DNA of 64,000 nucleotides from an uncultured Bacteriovoracaceae bacterium (GTDB taxonomy: Bacteria > Bdellovibrionota > UBA1018), in contig CAYHPW010000006.1 in the NCBI GenBank assembly GCA_964358645.1, forward strand, positions 3,059 through 67,058, read 5' to 3'. Under the pieces are notes generated by a model, which worked only from the letters and a program-made list of their open reading frames with translations, had not been told where the DNA came from and searched no databases. The translations under genes and the position numbers were made by a program. This document shows, one piece after another, positions 49,210 to 58,612 of this stretch; position 1 is the stretch's first letter; each line of letters starts with the position of its first letter.

Positions 49210-50244
49210 CTAATTAGTTTTCCCTTCGGCGCCTAAGTAATTGCAGACAAATTCCACATTTCCAAAGGACATCGAAACCGATTTGGCGTTTTGCTCACAC
49301 ATCGGGTTAAAATCCGGCATCGATTGGGATACTAACATCTCTTCATTGGGAAAAACGTTTGCGTCTTTGTGATATCTGACAATTGAAAGCTCTGTATGGC
49401 GACTGTTTATATATTTTGGATCATCGCTACAATTACCAGGCTCGGATATTATCATTTTGAATATCAACTCGGTTGACGGTGTTTCTGGGATGTATATATT
49501 TCCATCTGTTGGATTTTTACTTAAGCTTGTCTCGTAAGACATTAAATCTTCTGCCAAGAAAAGACGCGGTGATGATATTTTTACTCCCACTACCGCGCGA
49601 GGACCACTCACGCGAATCATGCAGTCAAAATGATCCCTTATTTCATATTGGTTGCCGATTTTCCCTTTTCGCCTAGCTATCTCCACGATGGATGCTGCAA
49701 AGGAGTCGAGTAACTCCCGTCCTGTTGCGAATGAACCGATAATTTCATTATCGGTCACATATCTATCATGGTACAAAGTTTTATGACTAAACTCATGTGC
49801 TATAAGAAAAAGCGTCTGGGTTGGCATCATCAGCTTTAGTGTATTTCTGTGAATTTCCACTTCTCCTGATGGACCGAGTTCTGTTCTTCCTGTAACTGGC
49901 ATTGGCCGTCCATCAGGACCAATCACAAATAACGGCTCTTCCCTCAAAACAAAAAGCGTTTTATGTAATCCTTGATTTAACTTCAGTATCTCTTCACCTG
50001 TTGCTAAAAAGAAATCCCTGCAGGTTTCAATTTGCTCTTGGGATAGGTTTGATAATTTACAGAGCTTCGCTTTTTCATTGGGATCTAATAATGCTGTTTT
50101 TATGGTTTCAACGAGCGAATACCTTGTGGCCTCAAGGAAATGAAACAAAGGGTCCCCGCCGTTCCCTATCACCGATCCGGAGGCATAGGATTTCAGTGAA
50201 ATGAAACAAAGAGACAATGCAAACATATATCTGCTTTTAAGCAT
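49210..50244 (-). CDS. Secreted hypothetical protein with HExxH motif and N-terminal GNGG motif (paralog of 59674..60936)
   Basis: Signal peptide MLKSRYMFALSLCFISLKSYASG. Motifs IGNGGD and LIAHEFSHK. Confidence 0.55.
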   Translation of the reverse strand: MLKSRYMFALSLCFISLKSYASGSVIGNGGDPLFHFLEATRYSLVETIKTALLDPNEKAKLCKLSNLSQEQIETCRDFFLATGEEILKLNQGLHKTLFVLREEPLFVIGPDGRPMPVTGRTELGPSGEVEIHRNTLKLMMPTQTLFLIAHEFSHKTLYHDRYVTDNEIIGSFATGRELLDSFAASIVEIARRKGKIGNQYEIRDHFDCMIRVSGPRAVVGVKISSPRLFLAEDLMSYETSLSKNPTDGNIYIPETPSTELIFKMIISEPGNCSDDPKYINSRHTELSIVRYHKDANVFPNEEMLVSQSMPDFNPMCEQNAKSVSMSFGNVEFVCNYLGAEGKTN

Positions 50245-51073
50245 TTTTACCTCCTACTGGAGTCAGGTTGATTGTGACCTGAACAAGCTCATCGCTTCCT
50301 GTTGGATGATCATCTATGAACTTAAGAAGCTGAGCTTGAAAAGCGTCGATCAAACTCCTAAGCTCAGGCAGTTTTTCTTTATTAATTGACATAAGCACGG
50401 TTGATGCCTTTCGCCTATTAACCGGGAGGGCGTCCAATCCTCTTAGTGCTATTTTTAATGCTTGCTTGTGAAACAACCTGATTTTGTCATTATGGATTTC
50501 GTTGGTGGAAATTAATGCGGGATCTTCCGGTATGATTTTGCCGGAAGCGGTTTTTCGCCAAAAGCCTTCTTTTAGCAAGAAAGAAACTGATTGTTCGATT
50601 TTCCTGGGCGAAGCCAGCCCGAGCAGCATCTTATGAAGCACTTTTGTCTCGGTTGAAAAACCTATTAAATTAACCAGATCTTTCACGTATACGTTAAGCC
50701 ATGAATTCAGAATGTGATTCTTTGGTTCCCGCATTTTTGGTTTGTTTTCGCTTGAGTGGCTTGACTCTTTTTTAACCCACAGGTCTGACCTTAAGTTTTT
50801 GTCGATAAAATCAAATTCAAAATTATTCAACTTAAAGAGCTTGGCAAACGAAGGGAGTTGGTCACGGGTTAGCCGTCTTTTTCCTGCGATCACCTGCGAA
50901 ACAAGAGCTGGCGAACATTTTTTTAGCGTGCAGCTACGCTGTCGTACGCTGAATCTTGATACTGTCTTATAATGTGCCAATAGGTCATGAAAAAAATCAT
51001 GCGGAGACCCATAGTCATACACTACGGGTCTCGCGCGAGGAGTGGTTGTTTTTTCTACGGATTCTTTTTTCAC
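50237..51073 (-). CDS. TIGR02147-like family protein with putative N-terminal HTH (paralog of 58613..59677)
   Basis: The conserved block DY..F....L..K.....FS.R.FA...G..S...L..VI.G+R.L....L..F.K...L...E..Y...L is shared with ORF 58613. It lies in an operon with two secreted proteins. Confidence 0.55.
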   Translation of the reverse strand: MKKESVEKTTTPRARPVVYDYGSPHDFFHDLLAHYKTVSRFSVRQRSCTLKKCSPALVSQVIAGKRRLTRDQLPSFAKLFKLNNFEFDFIDKNLRSDLWVKKESSHSSENKPKMREPKNHILNSWLNVYVKDLVNLIGFSTETKVLHKMLLGLASPRKIEQSVSFLLKEGFWRKTASGKIIPEDPALISTNEIHNDKIRLFHKQALKIALRGLDALPVNRRKASTVLMSINKEKLPELRSLIDAFQAQLLKFIDDHPTGSDELVQVTINLTPVGGKNA

Positions 51074-51651
51074 CGATATGTGCCCATATGTCTGCAGGAT
51101 GCCTTTGCAACACCGACGTCGTTTCCATTCACATCCCTGATGATTTCATTACGGGGCACTAGTGCTTTTTCATTAAAGGTTGGTACGTTGTCAGCGTGCC
51201 CTACTATTGGCCAGCCATAGTGAGGATCGAATGGATCGAGTAAGTTCACACAAGCTAATGAGCTTGTAGGGCAAGAGGAAGAGTCTGCATGTGCACACCA
51301 ATCTGCTGATAATGCAAAACATGTTGCTTGGCGTGCGTCTAAAATATTTCCAGCATGATCGATTTTAACTGCATGGTCATATTTAAATGTTAAATTAGCA
51401 GTAATCGACCGGAGAGAGTTTGTAATTACTATACGTTTACCAAGGCTGTATGTTGAAGTCATCAGAATGTCCGGAGCTGGGCTTGCAGACAGGGGATGTC
51501 GTGCAAGGTAGAAGTCTATGTCTTGCTTGGTAGATATACCTGTATGGTTTTCGGTGATTTCGATTGTACATGCGAAATGGTCCGCTTCAATCGCATACGA
51601 ATTGATCGGTACTGCTAAAGACATAAGAAGAGTGATTATTGTTTTTTTCAT
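51070..51651 (-). CDS. Hypothetical secreted protein
   Basis: Signal peptide MKKTIITLLMSLAVPINSYA. Cys-containing. A 4-nt overlap with the downstream gene suggests an operon. Confidence 0.5.
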   Translation of the reverse strand: MKKTIITLLMSLAVPINSYAIEADHFACTIEITENHTGISTKQDIDFYLARHPLSASPAPDILMTSTYSLGKRIVITNSLRSITANLTFKYDHAVKIDHAGNILDARQATCFALSADWCAHADSSSCPTSSLACVNLLDPFDPHYGWPIVGHADNVPTFNEKALVPRNEIIRDVNGNDVGVAKASCRHMGTYR

Positions 51652-51881
51652 TATAGCCTCCCTAAGAGTCAGTTGTTATTAATGCCGACAATTGATTTAT
51701 CGCAAGGAGTGTGGGAAAACACAATGCCTTGTGTTCATTTTATATTTACAATTGTAAACAGTTGGATTCTTATTGTCATAAAGATACTCATGCGTAACAA
51801 GAAAATCATGTCCAAAACAGCGGTACTCGGAGCTAATATCCACAAGACAGCATCACGGCTTGGAAAAAACTAGGAAATAAA

Positions 51882-52532
51882 ATGCAATTTCACCAGGCAA
51901 AATCAAAAATCATATCAATTTGCCGCAAGCTCAACCAGAAAAACTATATCGCTGCCGGTGACGGGAATGTGAGCTTCAAGATCTCCGACCATGAAATATT
52001 GATCACCCCTTCAGGAATAAACAAATCTGAGATGCAACCTTCTGAAATCGCCGCGCTGACGATCCATAACGAATCGCTTGCCGGGCATCCTTCTTCAGAA
52101 AGGCTGATGCATATAGAAGTTTATAAGCGCTGTCCAATGGCAAAGGCTGTTGTTCATGCTCATCCACCAACTGCGGTTGCATGGACAATAGCACATCCGG
52201 ATCTAAAAGAACTTCCGGCCGAGTGCATGTCTGAGTTGATACTATCGGCAGGCGGCATTCCAATAGTACCATATGCAAGACCTGGCACTAATCAGATGGC
52301 TGAAGTATTAGCGCCATTTCTCCCGAACTTCCGCGTGATGATTCTCGCCAGGCATGGCGCCATAAGCTGGGGAGAAACTTTGGATGAGGCTTACAACGGA
52401 ATAGAGCGTATTGAACATTCCGCGATTATTTTAAAAGCAGCATCGGAACTTGGCGGCCTGACCTTTCTTAACCATGAAGAAGTGTCTATTCTCCGCCAAA
52501 TTAGAAGCCGCTTAGGAAACAAGACGTTATGA
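51882..52532 (+). CDS. mtnB: Class II aldolase/adducin-family protein, methylthioribulose-1-phosphate dehydratase-like
   Basis: HAHPP metal-binding motif (AVVHAHPPTAVAW). Translationally coupled to mtnA. Confidence 0.7.
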   Translation: MQFHQAKSKIISICRKLNQKNYIAAGDGNVSFKISDHEILITPSGINKSEMQPSEIAALTIHNESLAGHPSSERLMHIEVYKRCPMAKAVVHAHPPTAVAWTIAHPDLKELPAECMSELILSAGGIPIVPYARPGTNQMAEVLAPFLPNFRVMILARHGAISWGETLDEAYNGIERIEHSAIILKAASELGGLTFLNHEEVSILRQIRSRLGNKTL

Positions 52533-53491
52533 AAACAATGATCTCCATGGGTTTGAAGTACGAAAATGGAAAGCTTTTGGTTCTTGACCAGACGGTGCTT
52601 CCACACGAGGAAAAATGGATTGAGTGTAAAACCGCTGACGAAATGGTGATGCTGATTCAAAGGCTCGCGATAAGGGGGGCGCCTCTAATAGGGGTGGCAG
52701 CCGCGCTATCGCTTGCTAAAATGGCCGAAGAAGGCGCGGATCCTGCCGCTATTATCGCTGCGGCAGTAAAACTCCGCGACGCCAGGCCCACAGCAGTTAA
52801 TCTCATGGCCGCTGTTGACAGGCTCGTGCTGAAACAGCCGGCAGAAAATCTCCACAGGGGGCGGATCACATACGTTGCAGAGGAAATATTCCATGAGGAT
52901 GTCTTGCTAAGTGACGCCATCGCCGAAAGAGGGGCAGCTTTCATAAACCATGGAGACTCTATCCTTACTCATTGCAACTCGGGTGGCTTGGCTACGGCAG
53001 GAATCGGGACGGCTCTTGGCGCCATTAAAAAAGCGCATGAACAAGAGAAGCACGTTCATGTATACGTGGACGAAACACGGCCGCTGTTGCAAGGGGCGAG
53101 GCTTACAGCATGGGAACTAAACAAGTTTGGGATTCCGTTCACACTGATTTGCGATAACATGGCTGGATTCTTAATGGCGCAAGGGAAAGTGAACAAGGTA
53201 TTTGTCGGGGCTGACCGGATCACGAAAAATGGTGACGTGGCAAACAAGGTCGGTACATACAGCCTTGCGGTTCTTGCAAAATATCACAGGATCCCTTTTT
53301 ATGTCGTTGCTCCAAGAACTACATTTGATCCGCAGTGCCTCTCGGGGCAGGAAATCCCGATTGAGCAACGCAAACCGGATGAAGTGCGCGCCGGTAAGAG
53401 TCCAGACGCTTGCCAGGCCTGGAATCCGGCATTCGATGTAACCCCGCGCGAGCTGATAACCGCTATCATCTTAGATGACATGGTGATGTAA
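52529..53491 (+). CDS. mtnA: S-methyl-5-thioribose-1-phosphate isomerase (eIF-2B alpha/beta/delta family)
   Basis: Family-wide similarity (GAPLIGVAAAL...TGADRI...N..GT). Confidence 0.8.
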   Translation: MKTMISMGLKYENGKLLVLDQTVLPHEEKWIECKTADEMVMLIQRLAIRGAPLIGVAAALSLAKMAEEGADPAAIIAAAVKLRDARPTAVNLMAAVDRLVLKQPAENLHRGRITYVAEEIFHEDVLLSDAIAERGAAFINHGDSILTHCNSGGLATAGIGTALGAIKKAHEQEKHVHVYVDETRPLLQGARLTAWELNKFGIPFTLICDNMAGFLMAQGKVNKVFVGADRITKNGDVANKVGTYSLAVLAKYHRIPFYVVAPRTTFDPQCLSGQEIPIEQRKPDEVRAGKSPDACQAWNPAFDVTPRELITAIILDDMVM

Positions 53492-53552
53492 AGCTTTATT
53501 AAACTCTTGAATAATATCCGTAGAGACACTATAAACGCAGTCTAAATCGGAG

Positions 53553-54041
53553 GTGTTTATGTTTAGATATATTTTTGTTGGACTTTTGGTGGCTCAGATT
53601 TCTTCAGCTGATGATGTTTATAACATGGCCAAACAATACGAAGGTGTTTATCGCAGCGTCAGTTGTTCGCGAGGAGATCCTTACACCCCGATCACCATCA
53701 CGGTTAATGAACTTTTATCGGCCGCAGAAATATCTATTGCAAACGCCATTCTGCCTCCCATGACATATACCGCAAAGCAGCTTCCTGTGACGAAATACAG
53801 TGTTACAAAAAAACAGGACTGGGGTTGCTGGAAAGAGCGGACGAAAGTTTCATTAACACCAACCCGGCTCATGGTTGAGTTTCAAAATAGATTTTACAAT
53901 GCTTGTATTGTTCCAAGTTCAAAAGGCAGAATCTCCAAAAAAGAGAGTTTTGAGCTCCTTGGCGATACAGTTCATTACAGCCGGACTTTTGAAGATGATG
54001 CGGGCACGGATCAAGAAGACTGCATTTTCGTGCGTGATTAG
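53553..54041 (+). CDS. Hypothetical secreted protein
   Basis: Signal peptide MFMFRYIFVGLLVAQISSA. A ribosome-binding site (GGAGGTG) lies upstream. Confidence 0.5.
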   Translation: MFMFRYIFVGLLVAQISSADDVYNMAKQYEGVYRSVSCSRGDPYTPITITVNELLSAAEISIANAILPPMTYTAKQLPVTKYSVTKKQDWGCWKERTKVSLTPTRLMVEFQNRFYNACIVPSSKGRISKKESFELLGDTVHYSRTFEDDAGTDQEDCIFVRD

Positions 54042-54175
54042 CTGCAAAATGCCATGATTGTCGGCCATGATCGTCTGGTAGATGATCGGTTACCAAGAAT
54101 TGTACCTGGTCAGTATTTGATGGTTGAGGCAAAAGACTGGCGAGACTTTTCTCCTACGAAAGCTTCTTCCAGCTG

Positions 54176-54391
54176 GTGTATCACGAAATCCCACGATTCA
54201 GTTCAATGATGACAGTATCCAGTAAACCTGTTCACAATTATCGCGAACGATTGGGAGACTTCGATAGCTGGACGCTTATGGTTTTCCAACAGGCTTTGGT
54301 AATGAAGCCTTCGAGGCCATGTCACATGTGTAGCGATTTTGAGGCGACAGCTGATACGATTTATGTGATGATTTTTACCAAGAGCTTATGA
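54176..54391 (+). CDS. Small hypothetical protein upstream of GHKL ATPase (GTG start; ATGA overlap with next gene)
   Basis: 71-aa ORF whose stop overlaps the ATG of the downstream ATPase gene. Confidence 0.3.
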   Translation: MYHEIPRFSSMMTVSSKPVHNYRERLGDFDSWTLMVFQQALVMKPSRPCHMCSDFEATADTIYVMIFTKSL

Positions 54392-54927
54392 TTCATCTTG
54401 AAGACATCGCCGAATCCATCCTGCAAGGCAAACCTCTGCTTCCACTGCTTAAGGATTCATCCGAAAACGGGATATTTAATGCCCTTAGCGATCTAGGAAT
54501 GGCGGATATCGAAATTCAAGCCGTCCTGGAGGAGCTCCTATTAAACGCACGCGAACACGGACAAAATAAAAATATAATGATCTATATGGGATGCCACGTG
54601 GGCTGGTTTTTTGCCGTCATAAGAGATCAGGGTCCTGGTATACATATGACCTTGCCTAAAAATCCCCGTTTAGCCGACACCAAAGGTAAATCGGCTGCAG
54701 CGTTGATCAGACTGGCTGTCGAAGAGGGGATTACCGGAACCGGAACCGTTGGCCGCGGCATCGGGCTTCATATCTTATCTGAATTGGTAAGCTCACGCCG
54801 CGCTGAAAGCCTTGTTATTTCGGATGGAGGGTTATTTGTTCAGGTCGGGGATGTATTTTTAGAGCGCTATGCCCGCATCCCTACCGATGGAACGCTGGTC
54901 GCCATTAAAGTTGAGATTCAAAAATGA
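54388..54927 (+). CDS. GHKL-type ATPase, anti-sigma-factor/serine-kinase (RsbW/SpoIIAB)-like
   Basis: N-box ELLLNAREHG, G1 box DQGPGI and G2 box GRGIGLHIL, in a roughly 180-aa protein. Confidence 0.7.
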   Translation: MIHLEDIAESILQGKPLLPLLKDSSENGIFNALSDLGMADIEIQAVLEELLLNAREHGQNKNIMIYMGCHVGWFFAVIRDQGPGIHMTLPKNPRLADTKGKSAAALIRLAVEEGITGTGTVGRGIGLHILSELVSSRRAESLVISDGGLFVQVGDVFLERYARIPTDGTLVAIKVEIQK

Positions 54928-55223
54928 TAATTGATCTTCGAGATTACGCAGGTGAATTCTGCTCAAGCCGCACGGATCCGAGCATTCCAGCGCTTAGGCA
55001 GTGTGTACGAAATGCCCTGCTCCAAGGAGATATTGTCCAAGTTTCCAGGAAGAGAATCAAGAGCATCACGGTTTCCTTCCTTGACGAATGGCTGGGGCCG
55101 ATCATCGTCGAGCTGGGACTAGAGCGGGTCCGAAAAGAAGTTCGGTTCGACCCACCCCTGGAACCGATCCTAGCCAAGCAACTGGAACGCTCCAGTCGGC
55201 TCCGGACTCAGCAACCAGGCTGA
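54924..55223 (+). CDS. DUF4325 (STAS-like) domain protein, presumptive partner of the GHKL ATPase
   Basis: Pattern ...IKSITVSFLDEWLGPIIVELG... matches the DUF4325 core (ldFsgV..sSFldEl.G). Translationally coupled (ATGA overlap) to the upstream ATPase. Confidence 0.55.
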   Translation: MIIDLRDYAGEFCSSRTDPSIPALRQCVRNALLQGDIVQVSRKRIKSITVSFLDEWLGPIIVELGLERVRKEVRFDPPLEPILAKQLERSSRLRTQQPG

Positions 55224-55447
55224 TGCGATACCGTTATCGTACGGTTTGTTATGAAACATGCTCCACATTACTGGAGTGCCAGAAATGCCACACTAGTTCA
55301 GGGACCCTCGTACCCAATCAGTATTTAGCGGCGCGCGTGTAAAACAGGCTAAAATGTGTAGTTTGATAGCACATGTAGTTTAATACACAGATTCCATATG
55401 AAACCGCAGAAGTTTTGCTGCATAAACCAAGCAGGGTTTTGCCACCG

Positions 55448-56880
55448 TCATGTGTGTGACCTCTTAAACTGATTCATTTGCGCGGCTCCGTAAACCTGCA
55501 CGGCCGCAAGAGCGTTGTGGGCTTTGCATCGTAATGTGATATTCGCAGGATCTTGCGATGAGCCGCCCAGTGCCCATGCATGCTCGTGGTGATATTCGAG
55601 AAACATTGTTTCATCACAGCGTTTACCACCGTTAGTGCTACTGGGGCTGACGTAGCTACACCGCCCTTGATCGCGTTGCCACACTATGTCCCGCACCGCT
55701 TGCGGAATGTAGCGTGAATCGGTGGGCTCAGTTTTGTCGGGTGGCGCTAATTCCGCGGCAGACGCGGCCCCGCCTTGTTGGCGGGTACTTTGGTAGCGGG
55801 CACGGTTTTGTTATTAGGGCATTCTTCGGCGCAATCATGTTCGCGCCCCACGGCGTGCTTGGTGTCTAAAGTTTTGGTCCGGTCACATTTATCGGGGTTG
55901 ATACATCCACCACCATAGTTTGATTTTTGTCCGGTATGTTTTTTCATATTATTTTCCATGGCGCGCCTCGTGCGACGTTCGATTTGGCGTTTTGGTGAAT
56001 GTTTTTCTAAAAATACATTAAGCGCAGCTCCAAATATGTCTTCTAACCTTGCATTCGGAAATCGATGACTGAGGATTGCGCGCGCTTCTTCAATCTCCTC
56101 CATCATCTCGGCACTTGCAGTGAATTGAATTCTAATTTGCGCTTTAGCAACACTGATCCTAGGAATATCAGCAACTTGCTCTGCGCCGCCACCGGTGAAA
56201 GCGGGTTCGCATTCGCGCTGATTAGCCTTGGCATCTTCATGTGTATTTGACTCATTGTTTGGCTGTTCGTTGGGGTGATTATCCGTGAGCTCTTTATCTG
56301 GTTTTTTATTTTCTTTAATATATGGCGGCGTTACACTCGGTGCTGCAAAAAACTCAATCTTGTCCCGGAATCTTGGCGGTACCGCCATAGAGACGCTTGC
56401 GGTTGTTTCACCCGCCGCTGCTCCGCTCTTGCCGCCACCACTCTCTTGCATTCTCCTAACCTGTTCTGTCGCAACATACTTCTCCACTCCACGCTTCGTA
56501 AGCTTCTCACATTCACCAAGCACCACTGCACAGTTATCTTGCGTAAGAATCTGACTCACAGCCGAAAGAGTAGTAAGTGTTAGTTTACCATGTTCAAGCC
56601 TCTCTAAAATAAGTGGGTATTTAAATGAAAGTCTTGCTGCCTGTATTCGCCTATAAGCTGAACCTTCAGAAAACCCCAAGCACTGGGTTAGATATGAAAA
56701 AAGCGATGAGTAGCCATATTCAAGATATAGCTTACGTAAGTCTAGTTCCCTGAGATACATGACGAACTCTACAATGAGCTTTCGTTCTTCTCGTGCGAGA
56801 AGTGAGAGCTTGCTTAGTAGCGCTTCATTTTGAAGTTTTTGTATTTGTAAAGCCAGGCAAAGTGAATTTTGTTTTTTCAT
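55448..56880 (-). pseudogene. HNH endonuclease of the DUF222-HNH family, split into DUF222 part (55747..56880) and HNH part (55448..55696) by frameshift/stop
   Basis: N-terminal DUF222-like block (YLEYGYSSLFSYLTQCLGFSEGSAYRRIQAARLSFKYPLILERLEHGKLTLTTLSAV). C-terminal HNH block (RDQGRCSYVS...CDETMFLEYHHEHAWALGG...NITLRCKAHN) in a different frame. Local GC is clearly higher than in the surrounding sequence. Confidence 0.6.
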
Positions 56881-57368
56881 AAAGACTTCATACCACCGAT
56901 TTTTGCACCCTTTAAAACGCGTACAAATCGTCTGTAATTATTTTTTAAAAACAACGCCCCCGGCGTGCATGAACCACATAAAATCGCGCTAGTACGAGCG
57001 CGCACGCGCAGCCACTAGTGCCTTTAAGGGTGAGCCACCATACGACGCGAAAATTTCTCAAAACTACGTCAAGATAAATCTATTTTGCTTGTGTATTATT
57101 TTCCTGAGAAAATCCAGATTTCGGATCTAGCGCGCGGCCTCTTAAAATCCAGCCACACCGCCATGGCTGGTGGCCCTGACCATTGGGTCGGCCGGAGTGG
57201 GTCACTTCCACAGGAGATCTGTTTTATAAAACACGCGCAAAAAATTCATATTCGATCCTTAAGTTCTTAGATGGCGAGGAAAGAAACACCATGTGATGTG
57301 CTCTGCCACTAAATACTGACTGGGTACCGGGTTACGGGTTTATCTTCTAGCTAAGAGTAAATTAGCTC

Positions 57369-58505
57369 TTAGTGTGTAATCTCCAGGCACCAATTTGTTT
57401 CCATCTTGATCGCGTTCGTGGGGCAGGAGCCGCCTGAGGCGCCCCGGCTTTTAATAAGGTTTTTTACCTGGCCGTTTACCTGGCTATCTACCAGGCTATC
57501 TACCAGGCTATCTAATGGATAAGCTTGTGCGGAAAACGGCGGTGGATTTTCAAGGCGCGAGCTTCGGCGCGTGGCCTTGAAGTTACCGAGTAATACATAA
57601 GCTTGGGCCGGGTATGGTTTAGGAAAGAAACGCGCTTTTTGAAATTCAACAAAGCTTGTTTTAAAATCTTGGCAGGCCGGAGGTAGCGCGGAGGCTGATG
57701 CCGCTACTTTTAAAATAGTATCAATACGCGCGATACCGGATTGTGTGGCGATTGAAGCCCCACGGCTAATAAGCTTATTAAGAATATCCTGATCACATAT
57801 GTGGTAAAGATAATAGAAGTACTGTAGCACATGTCCGTAGCGGGCAAGTCTTAATGATTTTTCTTCCGCACTTTCTGTGGAGTTTTCGTGTACCTTAAGG
57901 TCGGCCGTGAGAGAAGTTTCTGGTATGGAAAAACCACTAAGCAATGCACGGTTTTGGTACTTGGTCACGATGTATTCAGCAAGTAGGGCTGCGCCTTCGC
58001 GGACCCAGCTTTCTTCCCGGGGCTGATTGAAATAGTGAACAAGATGCGTGAGTTCGTGTGTAAGAATCCTTAATCTTTCGTCGGCAATTGTCAGTGCGCT
58101 TTCGCGTACCATTATGGCGGGGATGGCAGGGTCGCCATTTTCCTGGAGCTTTAGATCCGGTGAGAAGTAGCCTTCGGTGGGTGGGTTTACGGGTGATGCG
58201 CCAGAGGCGTCACTAGAAGTATTGGTAGTGCGGGTATCGCCTAGCTTGCCTTCAATAATAACTCCCCATTTTTTAGGGAGTCTTTCTTTAAAAAGAGGGT
58301 GTTCTTTGAGTAGGGCCAGGTCTGGTTTTAATGATGTAATATTTAAAGAAGTACCTCTAAACAAGACAGAAACCCCAGGAATGACATCACGGTAATAGCG
58401 CTTATTGTCTTCTAAGACGTCACTTGAGTGAGCATTAATAGCTATAAAAAACCAGATAAATAAGATAACTATATGAAATCCTTTAATTTTAATCATAACT
58501 GCCAT
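57369..58505 (-). CDS. Secreted hypothetical protein with HExxH motif and C-terminal LVDS repeats
   Basis: Signal/TM MAVMIKIKGFHIVILFIWFFIAINAHS (the ORF is open to 58565). ILTHELTHLVHYF HExxH motif. C-terminus DSLVDSLVDSQVNGQV is encoded by a 12-bp tandem repeat. Confidence 0.55.
   Translation of the reverse strand: MAVMIKIKGFHIVILFIWFFIAINAHSSDVLEDNKRYYRDVIPGVSVLFRGTSLNITSLKPDLALLKEHPLFKERLPKKWGVIIEGKLGDTRTTNTSSDASGASPVNPPTEGYFSPDLKLQENGDPAIPAIMVRESALTIADERLRILTHELTHLVHYFNQPREESWVREGAALLAEYIVTKYQNRALLSGFSIPETSLTADLKVHENSTESAEEKSLRLARYGHVLQYFYYLYHICDQDILNKLISRGASIATQSGIARIDTILKVAASASALPPACQDFKTSFVEFQKARFFPKPYPAQAYVLLGNFKATRRSSRLENPPPFSAQAYPLDSLVDSLVDSQVNGQVKNLIKSRGASGGSCPTNAIKMETNWCLEITH
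57463..57510. repeat. Imperfect 12-bp tandem repeat (4 units: tttacctggccg / tttacctggcta / tctaccaggcta x2) inside coding sequence
   Basis: Seen directly. The repeat is in-frame and encodes LVDS/QVNG-type units. Confidence 0.85.
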
Positions 58506-58612
58506 TTCTTCATCCACCAAGCTCTGACGAAACGATCGTTTCGCATATTTTTCATAGTTCGTCAAATAATTGTTGCGTAGCGCTACGTTTATGGATTATT
58601 ACTGGCCGCGTT

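Noticed and set aside
55088-55342. 84-aa ORF overlapping the end of the DUF4325 gene
   Set aside because: It sits out of frame inside and overlapping a better-supported gene. It is Pro/Arg/Thr-rich and has no ribosome-binding site.
57085-57270. 61-aa ORF in the 488-bp spacer upstream of the HNH pseudogene
   Set aside because: No ribosome-binding site and atypical composition. More likely non-coding. The region is flagged as unexplained instead.
57350-57372. 7-bp inverted repeat CTAAGAG-N8-CTCTTAG at the 3' end of gene 57369..58565, considered as terminator
   Set aside because: The stem is too short or weak and there is no U-tract. Likely coincidental.
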